Of a stretch of DNA of 64,000 bases, positions 7,850 through 17,358 are shown one piece after another; within the stretch, counting starts at the first letter, position 1, and each line of letters starts with the position of its first letter. A program made the translations under genes and the position numbers. Source of the DNA: Algoriphagus confluentis. Its GTDB lineage: Bacteria > Bacteroidota > Bacteroidia > Cytophagales > Cyclobacteriaceae. The notes under the pieces are model-generated. The model worked only from the letters and a program-made list of their open reading frames with translations. It was not told where the DNA came from and ran no database searches. The stretch spans positions 1 through 64,000 of the forward strand of contig NZ_BTPD01000004.1 of the NCBI RefSeq assembly GCF_036245625.1, in the 5' to 3' direction.

Positions 7850-9553
7850 ATGAAGAACATTTACCTCCTCCTATTCCTGGCACTTTTCGCCTGGGCATGT
7901 AAATCGGGCCCCGAAAATCCCGCCGACAAAGTTTTTACCAACGGAACCATCTACACCGTGGATGAATCCAATCCCAAAGTGGAAGCCGTGGCGGTCAAGG
8001 ACGGTTTGATTCTAGCTCTGGGTACTTCCAAGGAAATACAAGCCTACGTAGGCGAGTCCACCGAGGTGATCGATTTGCAGGGCAAAACCATGACTCCGGG
8101 ATTTATCGAATCCCACGCTCACTTGATGGGAATCGGCTACAATAAGCTGGAACTCGATCTCATGTATGTCAAAACCTATGACGAACTGGTCGAAAAAGTA
8201 GCCGAGGCGGTTGCCAAAGCCAAACCGGGCGACTGGATTACCGGGAGGGGCTGGCATCAGGACAAGTGGATCGAAAAGCCCGAGAAAATGGTCAAGGGTT
8301 TTCAAACCAATGAGCCTTTGAATGAAGTATCTCCAGACAATCCGGTATTTCTTCGCCACGCTTCAGGCCATGCTTCCTTTGCCAATGCAAAAGCCTTGGA
8401 ACTGGCTGGAATAGCCAACCTGAAAGGGGAAAGACCCGGAGAGGTCGAAGGAGGAGAAATCATCACCGACGAATTAGGCAATCCCACAGGAGTCCTGACC
8501 GAAAGAGCCTCCAATCTTGTAGCTCGATTGGTTCCGGAAGAAACTCCTGAACGAGCGGAAGAAGCTTTGACATTAGCCTTACAGGAATTGGTGGAAAAGG
8601 GAATCACTTCTTTCCATGATGCAGGTTCAGGTCAGGATGTGATCGACTTGGTTCAGAAATTCAAAAACGAAGGCAAGCTCACCGTTCGCCAATACATCAT
8701 GCTCACTGGACGTCAGCCGGAGCTTTTGGAAGAGTGGTACAAAAATGGCCCAATGATCGACTCAGACCACATGCTTACCGTAAGATCGATCAAATTAAAC
8801 TGTGACGGCGCACTAGGGCCAAGAGGTGCTTGGCTACTGGAAGATTATGCGGATAGACCAGGTCATCGAGGACATGAGACACTTCCTATGTCTGTCGTAA
8901 CAGAAGTATCAGAAAAGGCCTTGCCGCTAGGATTTCAGGTTTGTTCTCATGCGATTGGCGACAGAGCCAATCAGGAGATTTTAGATCGATATGAGGCAGC
9001 TTTTGCCAAAAATCCCGAGGTCAAAGATCACCGCTTTCGCATCGAGCATGCCCAGCATTTGCATCCGGATGACATTCCGAGATTCGGGGAATTGGGTGTG
9101 ATTGCAGCAATGCAGGCGATACATCTGAGTTCGGACCGTCCTTGGGCCATAGACCGTTTGGGAGAAAAGCGGATTATCGATGGAGCTTATGTATGGCAGA
9201 AGCTATTCCAAACGGGTGCAAGAATCTGTAATGGAACCGATGCACCTGTGGAGCCGGTAGACCCGATTCCTTCCTTTTATGCCTCCGTAACCCGCAAGAC
9301 TTTGGAAGGACTTCCGGAAGGAGGCTATGAAGGAGATCAAAAAATGACCCGTGAACAAGCTTTGAAGTCCTACACTTTAGACGGTGCCTATGCCGAGTTT
9401 GAAGAAGATTTCAAAGGATCGATTGAAGTAGGCAAAGCAGCTGATTTCACCGTTTTTGACCAGAACATCATGGAGGTGGCTGAGGATGAAATACTGAAAA
9501 CTCAGGTTGCGATGACAGTGATGGGGGGAAAAGTAGTGTTCAGTAGGCAATAG
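7850..9553 (+). CDS. Amidohydrolase-family (Amidohydro_3) lipoprotein
   Basis: 567 aa with a lipoprotein signal, a metal-binding HAHLMGIG motif near the N-terminus and the length typical of this family. Confidence 0.65.
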   Translation: MKNIYLLLFLALFAWACKSGPENPADKVFTNGTIYTVDESNPKVEAVAVKDGLILALGTSKEIQAYVGESTEVIDLQGKTMTPGFIESHAHLMGIGYNKLELDLMYVKTYDELVEKVAEAVAKAKPGDWITGRGWHQDKWIEKPEKMVKGFQTNEPLNEVSPDNPVFLRHASGHASFANAKALELAGIANLKGERPGEVEGGEIITDELGNPTGVLTERASNLVARLVPEETPERAEEALTLALQELVEKGITSFHDAGSGQDVIDLVQKFKNEGKLTVRQYIMLTGRQPELLEEWYKNGPMIDSDHMLTVRSIKLNCDGALGPRGAWLLEDYADRPGHRGHETLPMSVVTEVSEKALPLGFQVCSHAIGDRANQEILDRYEAAFAKNPEVKDHRFRIEHAQHLHPDDIPRFGELGVIAAMQAIHLSSDRPWAIDRLGEKRIIDGAYVWQKLFQTGARICNGTDAPVEPVDPIPSFYASVTRKTLEGLPEGGYEGDQKMTREQALKSYTLDGAYAEFEEDFKGSIEVGKAADFTVFDQNIMEVAEDEILKTQVAMTVMGGKVVFSRQ

Positions 9554-9601
9554 GCAGTTTGGGAATTCAGAATTCTTAAGTCAGAAATCTGAAAAACTCA
9601 C

Positions 9602-9640
9602 AGACCTTCCAGGTATCAAAACTTGGAAGGTCTTTTTTTA
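9602..9640 (+). terminator. Rho-independent terminator
   Basis: AGACCTTCCAGG-tatcaaaac-TTGGAAGGTCT followed by TTTTTTT. Confidence 0.7.
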
Positions 9641-9750
9641 TGAGCAATTAGAAAAAAGAATTCAAAAAACCGTTAATCTCAATAAAACGAAAACCTAAAC
9701 TTAATCGATTCGTTTACGGATTGAATAGTTTTCACTTATTTTCCTCCCAG

Positions 9751-10608
9751 ATGGAAATCAAAATTTATAGATTAACACTCCTGCTTTTTTTTCTGGCATC
9801 CATGAATATGGCTTTTTCCCAAACCACGCCAAAATCACTCTCCTATTTTCCGGAAAGGTATTCACAGCAACCCATTATCACTTTCAAAGAAGGCTTTTTC
9901 AACAAAACCACCTATTTCCTTGACGGGGAAAAATCAAGTCCGAAAGAGGTAGCTGCCTTGCTCAATTCAGTAAAAAATGAAGACTTTAAATTCCTGAGTT
10001 ATCAACGAAAAAAGAATTTGGGTATGGGTATCCGGGTCTCGGGTATAGCCGTGACTATTGGCTCCATCGCTTATCTGTTTACGAATGATATTACCCCGGC
10101 CAATGTCCGCCCATGGTTTTGGGCTTCTTTTGGGGGAGGGGTTTTACAAAGCACAGGAAATATTCTTGTCGCTGATTCAGAGCGAAGAATTCAACGAACC
10201 ATCAATGACTTCAATGCCTATTATTATTCAGGAGGCACTGAAGTATTTTTGAGTATGGATGAAAGTGCCGGATTTTTTGGATCAAAAATCGACATCTACG
10301 AAGGTCCTATGAAGCTAGACAAAAGTCAGGTTTTATCGCGAATGCAGAACATGCCCGAGGTACGAGAACTTTACAATAAGATCATCAAAAGACAAAAAGT
10401 AAGCACCGCCGCTCAAGTAGCCAATACCGCTGTTCAGTTTGGTATCTTATTTTTGGCATTAGGACCCGAACCTCAATCCTCCACCTTGAATACGACACTC
10501 ATCCCATTGACTATGACCGGGATTGGGCTTAATCTGTTTTCTGGATTCTATGAACGAAAGACCAGAAATCTTACCCGAACTGCACTGTTTCAATATAATT
10601 ATCAATAA
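9751..10608 (+). CDS. Hypothetical membrane/secreted protein
   Basis: Signal-like MEIKIYRLTLLLFFLASMNMAFSQ plus two hydrophobic segments. No motif identified. Confidence 0.4.
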   Translation: MEIKIYRLTLLLFFLASMNMAFSQTTPKSLSYFPERYSQQPIITFKEGFFNKTTYFLDGEKSSPKEVAALLNSVKNEDFKFLSYQRKKNLGMGIRVSGIAVTIGSIAYLFTNDITPANVRPWFWASFGGGVLQSTGNILVADSERRIQRTINDFNAYYYSGGTEVFLSMDESAGFFGSKIDIYEGPMKLDKSQVLSRMQNMPEVRELYNKIIKRQKVSTAAQVANTAVQFGILFLALGPEPQSSTLNTTLIPLTMTGIGLNLFSGFYERKTRNLTRTALFQYNYQ

Positions 10609-10701
10609 CCACTTTGGATGAAAACTGGCCTTCCAAAGGGATAAAGTCTCTGATGCTTCATCGAAGCAAAAATATCCGTTTGAAAAAACATCGGCCTCAT
10701 C

Positions 10702-11718
10702 TCAAAACTTCTCAATCCCTATAAAATACAAATCAAATCCTCCCATTCCCCCTGAACGATTGGAGGAAAAAATCATCAACCGATTGGAAAAATCCAAATG
10801 ATCGGATACGATGGGCCTGTACTCGTCCGAGGCTGAATTGATATTGGATCCAAAATTCACCGGATCGGTCCATCCGTTGGCTGTTTTTTGGGAATAGTAC
10901 AGGTCATAGCCACCATACCCTCCCGGTCGGTCCGAAGCAAAAACTAGCAAATCTCCATACACAAAGGGCATGTGATCGTTGGAAGGCGAATTAATCGAGA
11001 GTTTTCGGGTAATTTTTGGTGTGTCCGACTGCAAAAACTGAAGCGGATCTTGTCCCAAGGGGATTTCTGCTTCATAGATATCAAACTGTCCGTCACGATC
11101 AGAGGTGAAGACCAACGCTTCAGGCTTTCCATTCTGGACAGGATCAGCTCCTTTCAGATAATTCAGCCCGTAAAAGCTGGGATACATCTCATTAGACCCC
11201 TCTCCCAAGATGGATATGGGATGATTTTGTGATCGATAATCAAAAGGACCCGTTTTCTCAAATTCGTTAAAGAAAATCTTGGTTTCGGTCCCACAGGTTC
11301 GGGAAAAGAGGCGGTAAACTATACCATTGAATGAATCTGTGGAATAAGGCCCCCGCTCTTCGCAGTTGGAATTCATCTCAAAAAGCTGGTTTCTGATGAC
11401 GTCATTTTGCCCAATTACCGTATTAATGCTAAAGGAAAATACTCCGGTATCCTTGCTTTGGGAGAAGCCAATTGCCCGGGCATCCAAATCAAAATTTGCT
11501 CCTTTGGTGGGGGCATTGGTCGAAAAAATCAAAGTTTCTCCAGCTCCAAAGAAATCCGGAACAAAGTCCGAATTCATTTCATCATAGGAGGTATTCAGGT
11601 CCAATAAATTGGTAGGCTGCTCATCGGGAAAAGTCCCGACTTTGAGGTTGAATTTTTCCCGACATCCCAGAAAAACAAATGGTAAAAGAAAAAATAACTT
11701 GATTTTGATCGGTTTCAT
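10702..11718 (-). CDS. PD40 (TolB-like beta-propeller) repeat lipoprotein
   Basis: Lipoprotein signal LLPFVFLGC and three PD40-type repeats: FTSDRDGQFDIYEA, FASDRPGGYGGYDLYYS and FSSNRSGGMGGFDLYFI. Confidence 0.6.
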   Translation of the reverse strand: MKPIKIKLFFLLPFVFLGCREKFNLKVGTFPDEQPTNLLDLNTSYDEMNSDFVPDFFGAGETLIFSTNAPTKGANFDLDARAIGFSQSKDTGVFSFSINTVIGQNDVIRNQLFEMNSNCEERGPYSTDSFNGIVYRLFSRTCGTETKIFFNEFEKTGPFDYRSQNHPISILGEGSNEMYPSFYGLNYLKGADPVQNGKPEALVFTSDRDGQFDIYEAEIPLGQDPLQFLQSDTPKITRKLSINSPSNDHMPFVYGDLLVFASDRPGGYGGYDLYYSQKTANGWTDPVNFGSNINSASDEYRPIVSDHLDFSNRLMIFSSNRSGGMGGFDLYFIGIEKF

Positions 11719-11857
11719 AAATAGCCAGTGAGTTTAGTCAAAGAACGAAATCCAATCCCTTAAATGCTACAGAATTGCAAAAAAATATCTTCTCGTGTCC
11801 CAATTCTACCCAGCTCTCCAAAAAATCCCCTATTTTCCCAGCCTAATCCATTTCCCC

Positions 11858-14785
11858 ATGAGAAAACCCCTACTCATTCTTTGGCTTTTTGCCTTAACTA
11901 TACAACTAGCATTTGCACAAGACGCTCCCAAAGCCATGTCTTGGAAAGACGTCGCCACCTGGAAATCCATGCCGGGCAACGGCTTCAAACTCTCCCCGGA
12001 CGGAAAATGGGCCGCTTACGTTCTTACCGGCTTGGAGGCAGACGGTGAATTAATCCTGAGAAATAGCTCTGATACCACCGGACAGAAGACATTCCCTATC
12101 GGAAATACCAACTCAGGTAATTTTGAATTTAGCGAAAACAGCCAATGGCTCGCTTTCCGGGAATTTCCCAAGTTTGCCGAAAAGCAAGCCAACGAAAAAG
12201 CCAAAGGAAAACCGCTTAAAGACAAAGTGCACCTGCTCAAGCTCGGTACCGAGGACAAAAAGACCTTTGAAGGGGTCAGCAGCTACAGTTTCAACGGTGA
12301 GGCCGCTACCCACCTGATTCTTAACCTTCCCAAAGAAGGCAATGGTGAGGCCAAAGGCTCTGATCTGCTAATCTATCATCTAGCCTCTGGCAAATCCCAA
12401 AATCTGGGCAATGTCCGCGAGCATGCAGTGAACAAGGCCGGAACTCATCTCGCCTATACCGTCGACGCGGCCAATTCTCAGGGCAATGGACTTTATCTAT
12501 TGACTTTGGCGACCAATTCCATTCAAGTACTGGATTCAGATGAGGCAGGCTATCAGAGTCTCAACTGGACCGAAAAAGGAGACGCCTTTGCCGCGCTGAA
12601 GATGAAAAAAGACAAAAAGTACAAGCAGGATCAGGGGATCTTGTTGGGGGTAAAAAACCTTTCCAATCCTGAAGTGGTCCTTTACGAGCCTGCCAAGGAC
12701 AGCACTGGCTTTGACCGGAAATATACCATCAGCCCCAATCGCCGACCGATGTGGTCTGAGGATTTGACCCGATTGTTTTACGGAATTCATCCTTTGGTTT
12801 TGGCAGAAAAAGAGAAACCAAAAAAAGAGGTCGATGCCGATTCCGTGAAAGCCGAAGAAGCTGAAAACCTGGCTAAAATCATGGCTGACACGACCATCAA
12901 ATCCATTTCGGATTTGCAAAAGGCGATCGGAAAACTCAACTCCGGCAAGTCGGATGACAAAAAATCCAACGACACCAAAAAGCCGGAAATGACCATTTGG
13001 CACTGGAATGATTCCAGACTCCAAAGCCGTCAGCAAGTGATGGAAAACATGGACAAAAACTACAGCTTTTGGGCCATGTACGATGTCGCTTCCAAAAAAC
13101 ACATCACCCTTCAGGACAGCAGCATGAGGGAACTGAATCTTTTGCCTCAGGAGCATTTTGCCTTGGGTTCGGATATTCAGGCCTATGAGCTTCAGGGCAA
13201 TCTGGACGGGCAGGCTTATCGGGATTACTATTTGGTGGACTTGAAGACTGGAGTCAAATCCACACTCTTTGAGAAGTTTTACCAGCCTTCTTTTGCTTCC
13301 ATGCCTCGCCCTTCTACCGATGGAAAAAAGCTCCTTTATGGAAAAGACGGGCACTTTTACGTGTTCGATATTCTGGCAAAAACCCACACCAATATCACGG
13401 AAAATCTCCCGGTGACCTTTATCAATGTGGAAGATGACCACAATGTGGAAAAACCCATGCAGAATCCTTTGGGCTGGAGTTCCGACAGTCAGTATGTCCT
13501 TCTGAGGGATGGATGGGATATCTGGCAGATTCCCATGGGTGGAAAAGAGACTGCGGTCAACTTGACCCAGAACGGAAGAGCTCAAAAGATCCGCTATCAG
13601 TATCGCTTTGGCCTGGATGAGGAGGAAAAAGGCATTGATCTGAGAAAGACTGCCTACATCCGGATGTATGGGGAAAACACCAAAAAGAGTGGAATAGCCC
13701 AGCTCAATCCAGCCAAAAAAGGAGGACTTGCTCCGGGTGTGAATGTTTTGATCTGGGAAGATGCCTCAATTCAGAGCTTGGCCAAAGCTGAAAAAGCGTC
13801 GGTTTTCACCTTTACCAAAGAAAAAGCAAATCAACCCACGCAGGTTTACCTGACTGATGCTTCCTTGTCTACCCCGAAGCAAGTCACCGAAAATGCACCT
13901 GATGCAGGCAAATTCGCTTGGTCAGCCGGAGTAAAACTAGTCGATTATGTGACTGCCAGAGGAGATTCTCTACAGGCAGCACTTTTCCTTCCTGCTGGCT
14001 ATGTGAAAGGCCAAAAGTACCCAACCGTGGTCTACTACTACGAGAAGCTTTCGCAGACCCTCCACAACTGGGCTAATCCAAGCTACAGCGGCACCGGTTG
14101 GAATCCTTCCCTTTACACGTCCAATGGCTATGCGGTATTGATTCCGGATATCGTGTACAAACTGGACGACCCGGGGATGTCTGCCGTCTGGGCAGTGCTT
14201 CCTGCTGTAGATGCGGCCATCAAAAGCGGTGTAATCGACGAAAACAATATGGGTCTCCACGGACACAGCTGGGGTGGGTATCAGACTTCCTTCCTGATCA
14301 CTCAGACGACTCGCTTCAAAGCCGCAGCTGCTGGCGCACCTTTGACCAATATGATCTCCATGTATGATCTGATTTACTGGAATTCGGGCGGGGGAAATAT
14401 GTCGATCTTCGAAGCCTCTCAGGGAAGATTCAGAGGAGGACCTTGGGAAAACTGGGAAGCTTACGAGCGAAACAGCCCGATTTACCATGTGAAAAACGTG
14501 CAAACCCCCCTTTTGCTCTTGCATAATGACAAAGATGGAGCAGTGGACTTCACCCAGGGTGTGGAATATTACAATGCCCTTCGTCGATTGAAAAAGCCGG
14601 TGATCATGGTTCAATACCTTGGCGAAAATCATGGGCTGGGCAAAACAGAAAACCGGAAGGACTATGCGGTCCGAATGATGGAGTTTTTTGACCATCATCT
14701 CAAAGGAGCTGAGGCTCCGGACTGGATGAGCAAAGGGGTTCCGAGACTTCAACTGGGCGAACATTTGGAAGACAGAGCTTTTTAA
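11858..14785 (+). CDS. S9-family serine peptidase (prolyl oligopeptidase/acylaminoacyl peptidase-like)
   Basis: Signal peptide, N-terminal propeller region, nucleophile elbow GHSWGGYQT, the length, and the catalytic His region ENHGL. The start was chosen at MRKPLLILW. Confidence 0.7.
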   Translation: MRKPLLILWLFALTIQLAFAQDAPKAMSWKDVATWKSMPGNGFKLSPDGKWAAYVLTGLEADGELILRNSSDTTGQKTFPIGNTNSGNFEFSENSQWLAFREFPKFAEKQANEKAKGKPLKDKVHLLKLGTEDKKTFEGVSSYSFNGEAATHLILNLPKEGNGEAKGSDLLIYHLASGKSQNLGNVREHAVNKAGTHLAYTVDAANSQGNGLYLLTLATNSIQVLDSDEAGYQSLNWTEKGDAFAALKMKKDKKYKQDQGILLGVKNLSNPEVVLYEPAKDSTGFDRKYTISPNRRPMWSEDLTRLFYGIHPLVLAEKEKPKKEVDADSVKAEEAENLAKIMADTTIKSISDLQKAIGKLNSGKSDDKKSNDTKKPEMTIWHWNDSRLQSRQQVMENMDKNYSFWAMYDVASKKHITLQDSSMRELNLLPQEHFALGSDIQAYELQGNLDGQAYRDYYLVDLKTGVKSTLFEKFYQPSFASMPRPSTDGKKLLYGKDGHFYVFDILAKTHTNITENLPVTFINVEDDHNVEKPMQNPLGWSSDSQYVLLRDGWDIWQIPMGGKETAVNLTQNGRAQKIRYQYRFGLDEEEKGIDLRKTAYIRMYGENTKKSGIAQLNPAKKGGLAPGVNVLIWEDASIQSLAKAEKASVFTFTKEKANQPTQVYLTDASLSTPKQVTENAPDAGKFAWSAGVKLVDYVTARGDSLQAALFLPAGYVKGQKYPTVVYYYEKLSQTLHNWANPSYSGTGWNPSLYTSNGYAVLIPDIVYKLDDPGMSAVWAVLPAVDAAIKSGVIDENNMGLHGHSWGGYQTSFLITQTTRFKAAAAGAPLTNMISMYDLIYWNSGGGNMSIFEASQGRFRGGPWENWEAYERNSPIYHVKNVQTPLLLLHNDKDGAVDFTQGVEYYNALRRLKKPVIMVQYLGENHGLGKTENRKDYAVRMMEFFDHHLKGAEAPDWMSKGVPRLQLGEHLEDRAF

Positions 14786-14816
14786 AAAAACTTCATTCAG
14801 AAATCACAAGTCAAAA

Positions 14817-14853
14817 AATCCTCCGATTCGCATCGGGGGATTTTTGGTTTTGG
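14817..14853 (+). terminator. Terminator hairpin (member of a repeated hairpin pair)
   Basis: AATCCTCCGAT-tcgc-ATCGGGGGATT followed by TTTTGGTTTT. It is near-identical to the hairpin at 17174. Confidence 0.55.
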
Positions 14854-14972
14854 AAAGACATTCTCTATCGAAGGCATCTTTTTTACGGTAAGCCTGATTT
14901 TCATATTGCAATTCTTAAAAATTAAGGATAGTATTAAAACTAGAATAAACCAACCGCCAAATCCTAGTCAGT

Positions 14973-15539
14973 ATGGAATTTTTAGCAGAAATGGAGCCCT
15001 CGCTTAGAGCACTCTGGTACATCGCTTTGCCTACATCCATGATTTTTTTGCTGCAGACCATCCTGACTTTTATGGGTTCGGACTCAGGAGATGGAGTCAA
15101 TGCGGACTTTGACGGAAATCTGGAAGGTGCGGAAGCCCCCTTTCAACTTTTTACGCTTCGCAACCTGATTAATTTTCTCCTAGGTTTTAGCTGGACGGGA
15201 ATCACCTTTTTTGGTGCGATTCCCAACTACACGGTGTTGATTCTGCTCTCCACCTTGGTGGGTATGGGCTTTGTTTGGCTCTTTTTTATCATCATCAAGC
15301 AGATCACCAAGCTCGCTGAGGACAATACCTTCAAACTTGAGCAGGCCATTCACAAAACCGGCTCGGTTTATCTTTCCATTCCCGCTCACAAATCCGGAAC
15401 GGGCAAAATCTCCATCAGCGTCAAGGGTTCCCAAAAAGAACTCAGCGCCATCACTCCCGGTGACCGGATCGAAACCGGCGCTGCCATCAAGGTAGTCGGA
15501 GTGGAAGGCGGTAACCTCCTCATTGTAGAAAAAATCTAA
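14973..15539 (+). CDS. NfeD/YqiJ-like membrane protein with a C-terminal OB fold
   Basis: Two to three TM segments and a C-terminal beta-rich region TPGDRIETGAAIKVVGVEGGNLLIVEKI. It sits directly upstream of a flotillin gene, as in yqiJ-yqiK. Confidence 0.55.
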   Translation: MEFLAEMEPSLRALWYIALPTSMIFLLQTILTFMGSDSGDGVNADFDGNLEGAEAPFQLFTLRNLINFLLGFSWTGITFFGAIPNYTVLILLSTLVGMGFVWLFFIIIKQITKLAEDNTFKLEQAIHKTGSVYLSIPAHKSGTGKISISVKGSQKELSAITPGDRIETGAAIKVVGVEGGNLLIVEKI

Positions 15540-15553
15540 ACCCTAATTCTTTT

Positions 15554-17068
15554 ATGGATCCTTTAATTCTAATCCTAGCCGGTGCTTTTGTCATTTTTGT
15601 GACCATCATTGCTCTGGTATCGCGCTACAAACGCTGTCCTTCGGACAAGATTCTTGTCGTGTATGGCAAAACAGGTGGAAGTTCCGCTAAGTGTATCCAT
15701 GGTGGCGGCGCCTTTATTTGGCCTGTCATTCAAGATTACGCCTACCTTGACTTAAAGCCCATTTCTATTGAGGCTAACCTAACCAATGCACTCTCCCGCC
15801 AAAATATCCGGGTAGATGTGCCCTGCCGATTCACCATTGCCATTTCCACAGACACAGACAGCATGAATACTGCCGCTGAGCGTCTATTGGGATTGGCTCA
15901 TGAGCAGATTCAGGAGTTGGCCAAGGATATCCTTTTTGGACAGCTTCGTCTCGTGATTGCGACGATGACGATCGAGGAAATCAACTCCGATCGAGATAAG
16001 TTTTTGGAAAACATCTCCAAAAACGTGGACACCGAGCTCAAAAAAATCGGGCTGAAACTCATCAACGTCAACGTCACCGACATCAAGGACGAATCGGGCT
16101 ACATCGAAGCTTTGGGTAAAGAAGCTGCCGCAAAAGCCATCAACGAAGCCAAAATCTCTGTAGCAGAGCAGGAGAAAATCGGGGAAACCGGAAAGGCTCT
16201 TGCTGATCGTGAAAAAGACGTACAGATCGCAGATACGCAGCGAGATCGGGATGTGAAAATCGCCGTGACCCTCAAAGACCGGGAAGTGAGCATTGCCGAA
16301 GCTCAAAAGGAAGAAAGTATCGGAAAGGCAGAAGCCCAGCGGGATACCCGGGTGAAAACCTCGGAAGCCAATGCCATCGCGATCAAAGGAGAAAACGAAG
16401 CCAAGATCTCCATTGCTCAATCGGATGCTCTCCGAAGAGAAAAAGAAGCCGAGGCCTTGCGGATTGCCCTTGCCTCTGAAAAAGTACAGCAAGCCAAAGC
16501 TCTCGAAGAAGCCTACCTCGCCGAACAAAAAGCTGAAACCGCCCGTGCGGAGCGTGAACGTTCGACTCAAAATGCCAACATCGTTATCCCGGCAGAAATC
16601 GCCAAGCAGCGTGCCATCATCGAAGCACAAGCCGAAGCCGAGCGAATCCGCGTCCAGGCCAAAGGAGAAGCGGATGCTATCTATGCCAAAATGGAAGCTG
16701 AGGCAAAAGGTCTTTTTGAAATTCTGACCAAGCAGGCAGAAGGTTACCGGGATGTGGTCAGTGCCGCCGGCGGAGATCCTACCAAGGCTTTCCAGCTTCT
16801 TCTCATCGAAAAGCTCCCTGAATTGGTGAAAACTCAGGTGGAAGCGGTGAAGAACATCAAGATCGACAAAATCACCGTGTGGGACTCCGGGCAAAATGAG
16901 ACTGGAAATAACTCCACCGCCAACTTTGTCTCCGGGATGATGAAAACAGTCCCTCCTCTTAATGACCTGTTTAATATGGCTGGTTTGAATCTTCCGACTT
17001 ACCTGAAAGGAGAAGATCCAGAGAAACCGACCGAAAATAAGCAAGCCCCCAAATCAGATCCGAATTAA
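15554..17068 (+). CDS. Flotillin-family SPFH/band-7 protein (YqiK-like)
   Basis: N-terminal TM segment, SPFH region, then a long Ala/Glu-rich coiled coil (AEQEK...AEAQRD...) typical of flotillins. Confidence 0.7.
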   Translation: MDPLILILAGAFVIFVTIIALVSRYKRCPSDKILVVYGKTGGSSAKCIHGGGAFIWPVIQDYAYLDLKPISIEANLTNALSRQNIRVDVPCRFTIAISTDTDSMNTAAERLLGLAHEQIQELAKDILFGQLRLVIATMTIEEINSDRDKFLENISKNVDTELKKIGLKLINVNVTDIKDESGYIEALGKEAAAKAINEAKISVAEQEKIGETGKALADREKDVQIADTQRDRDVKIAVTLKDREVSIAEAQKEESIGKAEAQRDTRVKTSEANAIAIKGENEAKISIAQSDALRREKEAEALRIALASEKVQQAKALEEAYLAEQKAETARAERERSTQNANIVIPAEIAKQRAIIEAQAEAERIRVQAKGEADAIYAKMEAEAKGLFEILTKQAEGYRDVVSAAGGDPTKAFQLLLIEKLPELVKTQVEAVKNIKIDKITVWDSGQNETGNNSTANFVSGMMKTVPPLNDLFNMAGLNLPTYLKGEDPEKPTENKQAPKSDPN

Positions 17069-17173
17069 TCCCTTCAAGTGCCTTTCTCAAAATCGCCTTT
17101 TTGTAAATAGCGGTTTATCCGAGTGGCACCTGGGATTTGAAGCTCTGGATAGCTATCCTCGACTCTCTGAGGA

Positions 17174-17205
17174 ATCCTCCGATTTTCATAGGGGGATTTT
17201 TTATT
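17174..17205 (+). terminator. Terminator hairpin (second copy of the repeated hairpin)
   Basis: AATCCTCCGAT-tttcat-AGGGGGATT followed by TTTTTTAT. Confidence 0.55.
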
Positions 17206-17358
17206 GCACTGATTTTTGCATCAAAGGCCTGCTTATCTTTGATCCGATTCTGCCCAAGCCCAAGTTGAGGTTAGATGGATAATCCTTTGAATTCATACTT
17301 GGGGAAAAAGGAAAACAACCTGAGCAACTGCCGATTTTCTATGATCAATGTCCTTGGA

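Noticed and set aside
12536-13585. 349-aa minus-strand ORF inside the S9 peptidase gene
   Set aside because: Antisense shadow ORF of a well-supported gene. Its composition is low-complexity and it has no motif.
15884-17044. 386-aa minus-strand ORF antisense to the flotillin gene
   Set aside because: It arises from the repetitive GC-rich coiled-coil codons of the flotillin gene and has no independent support.
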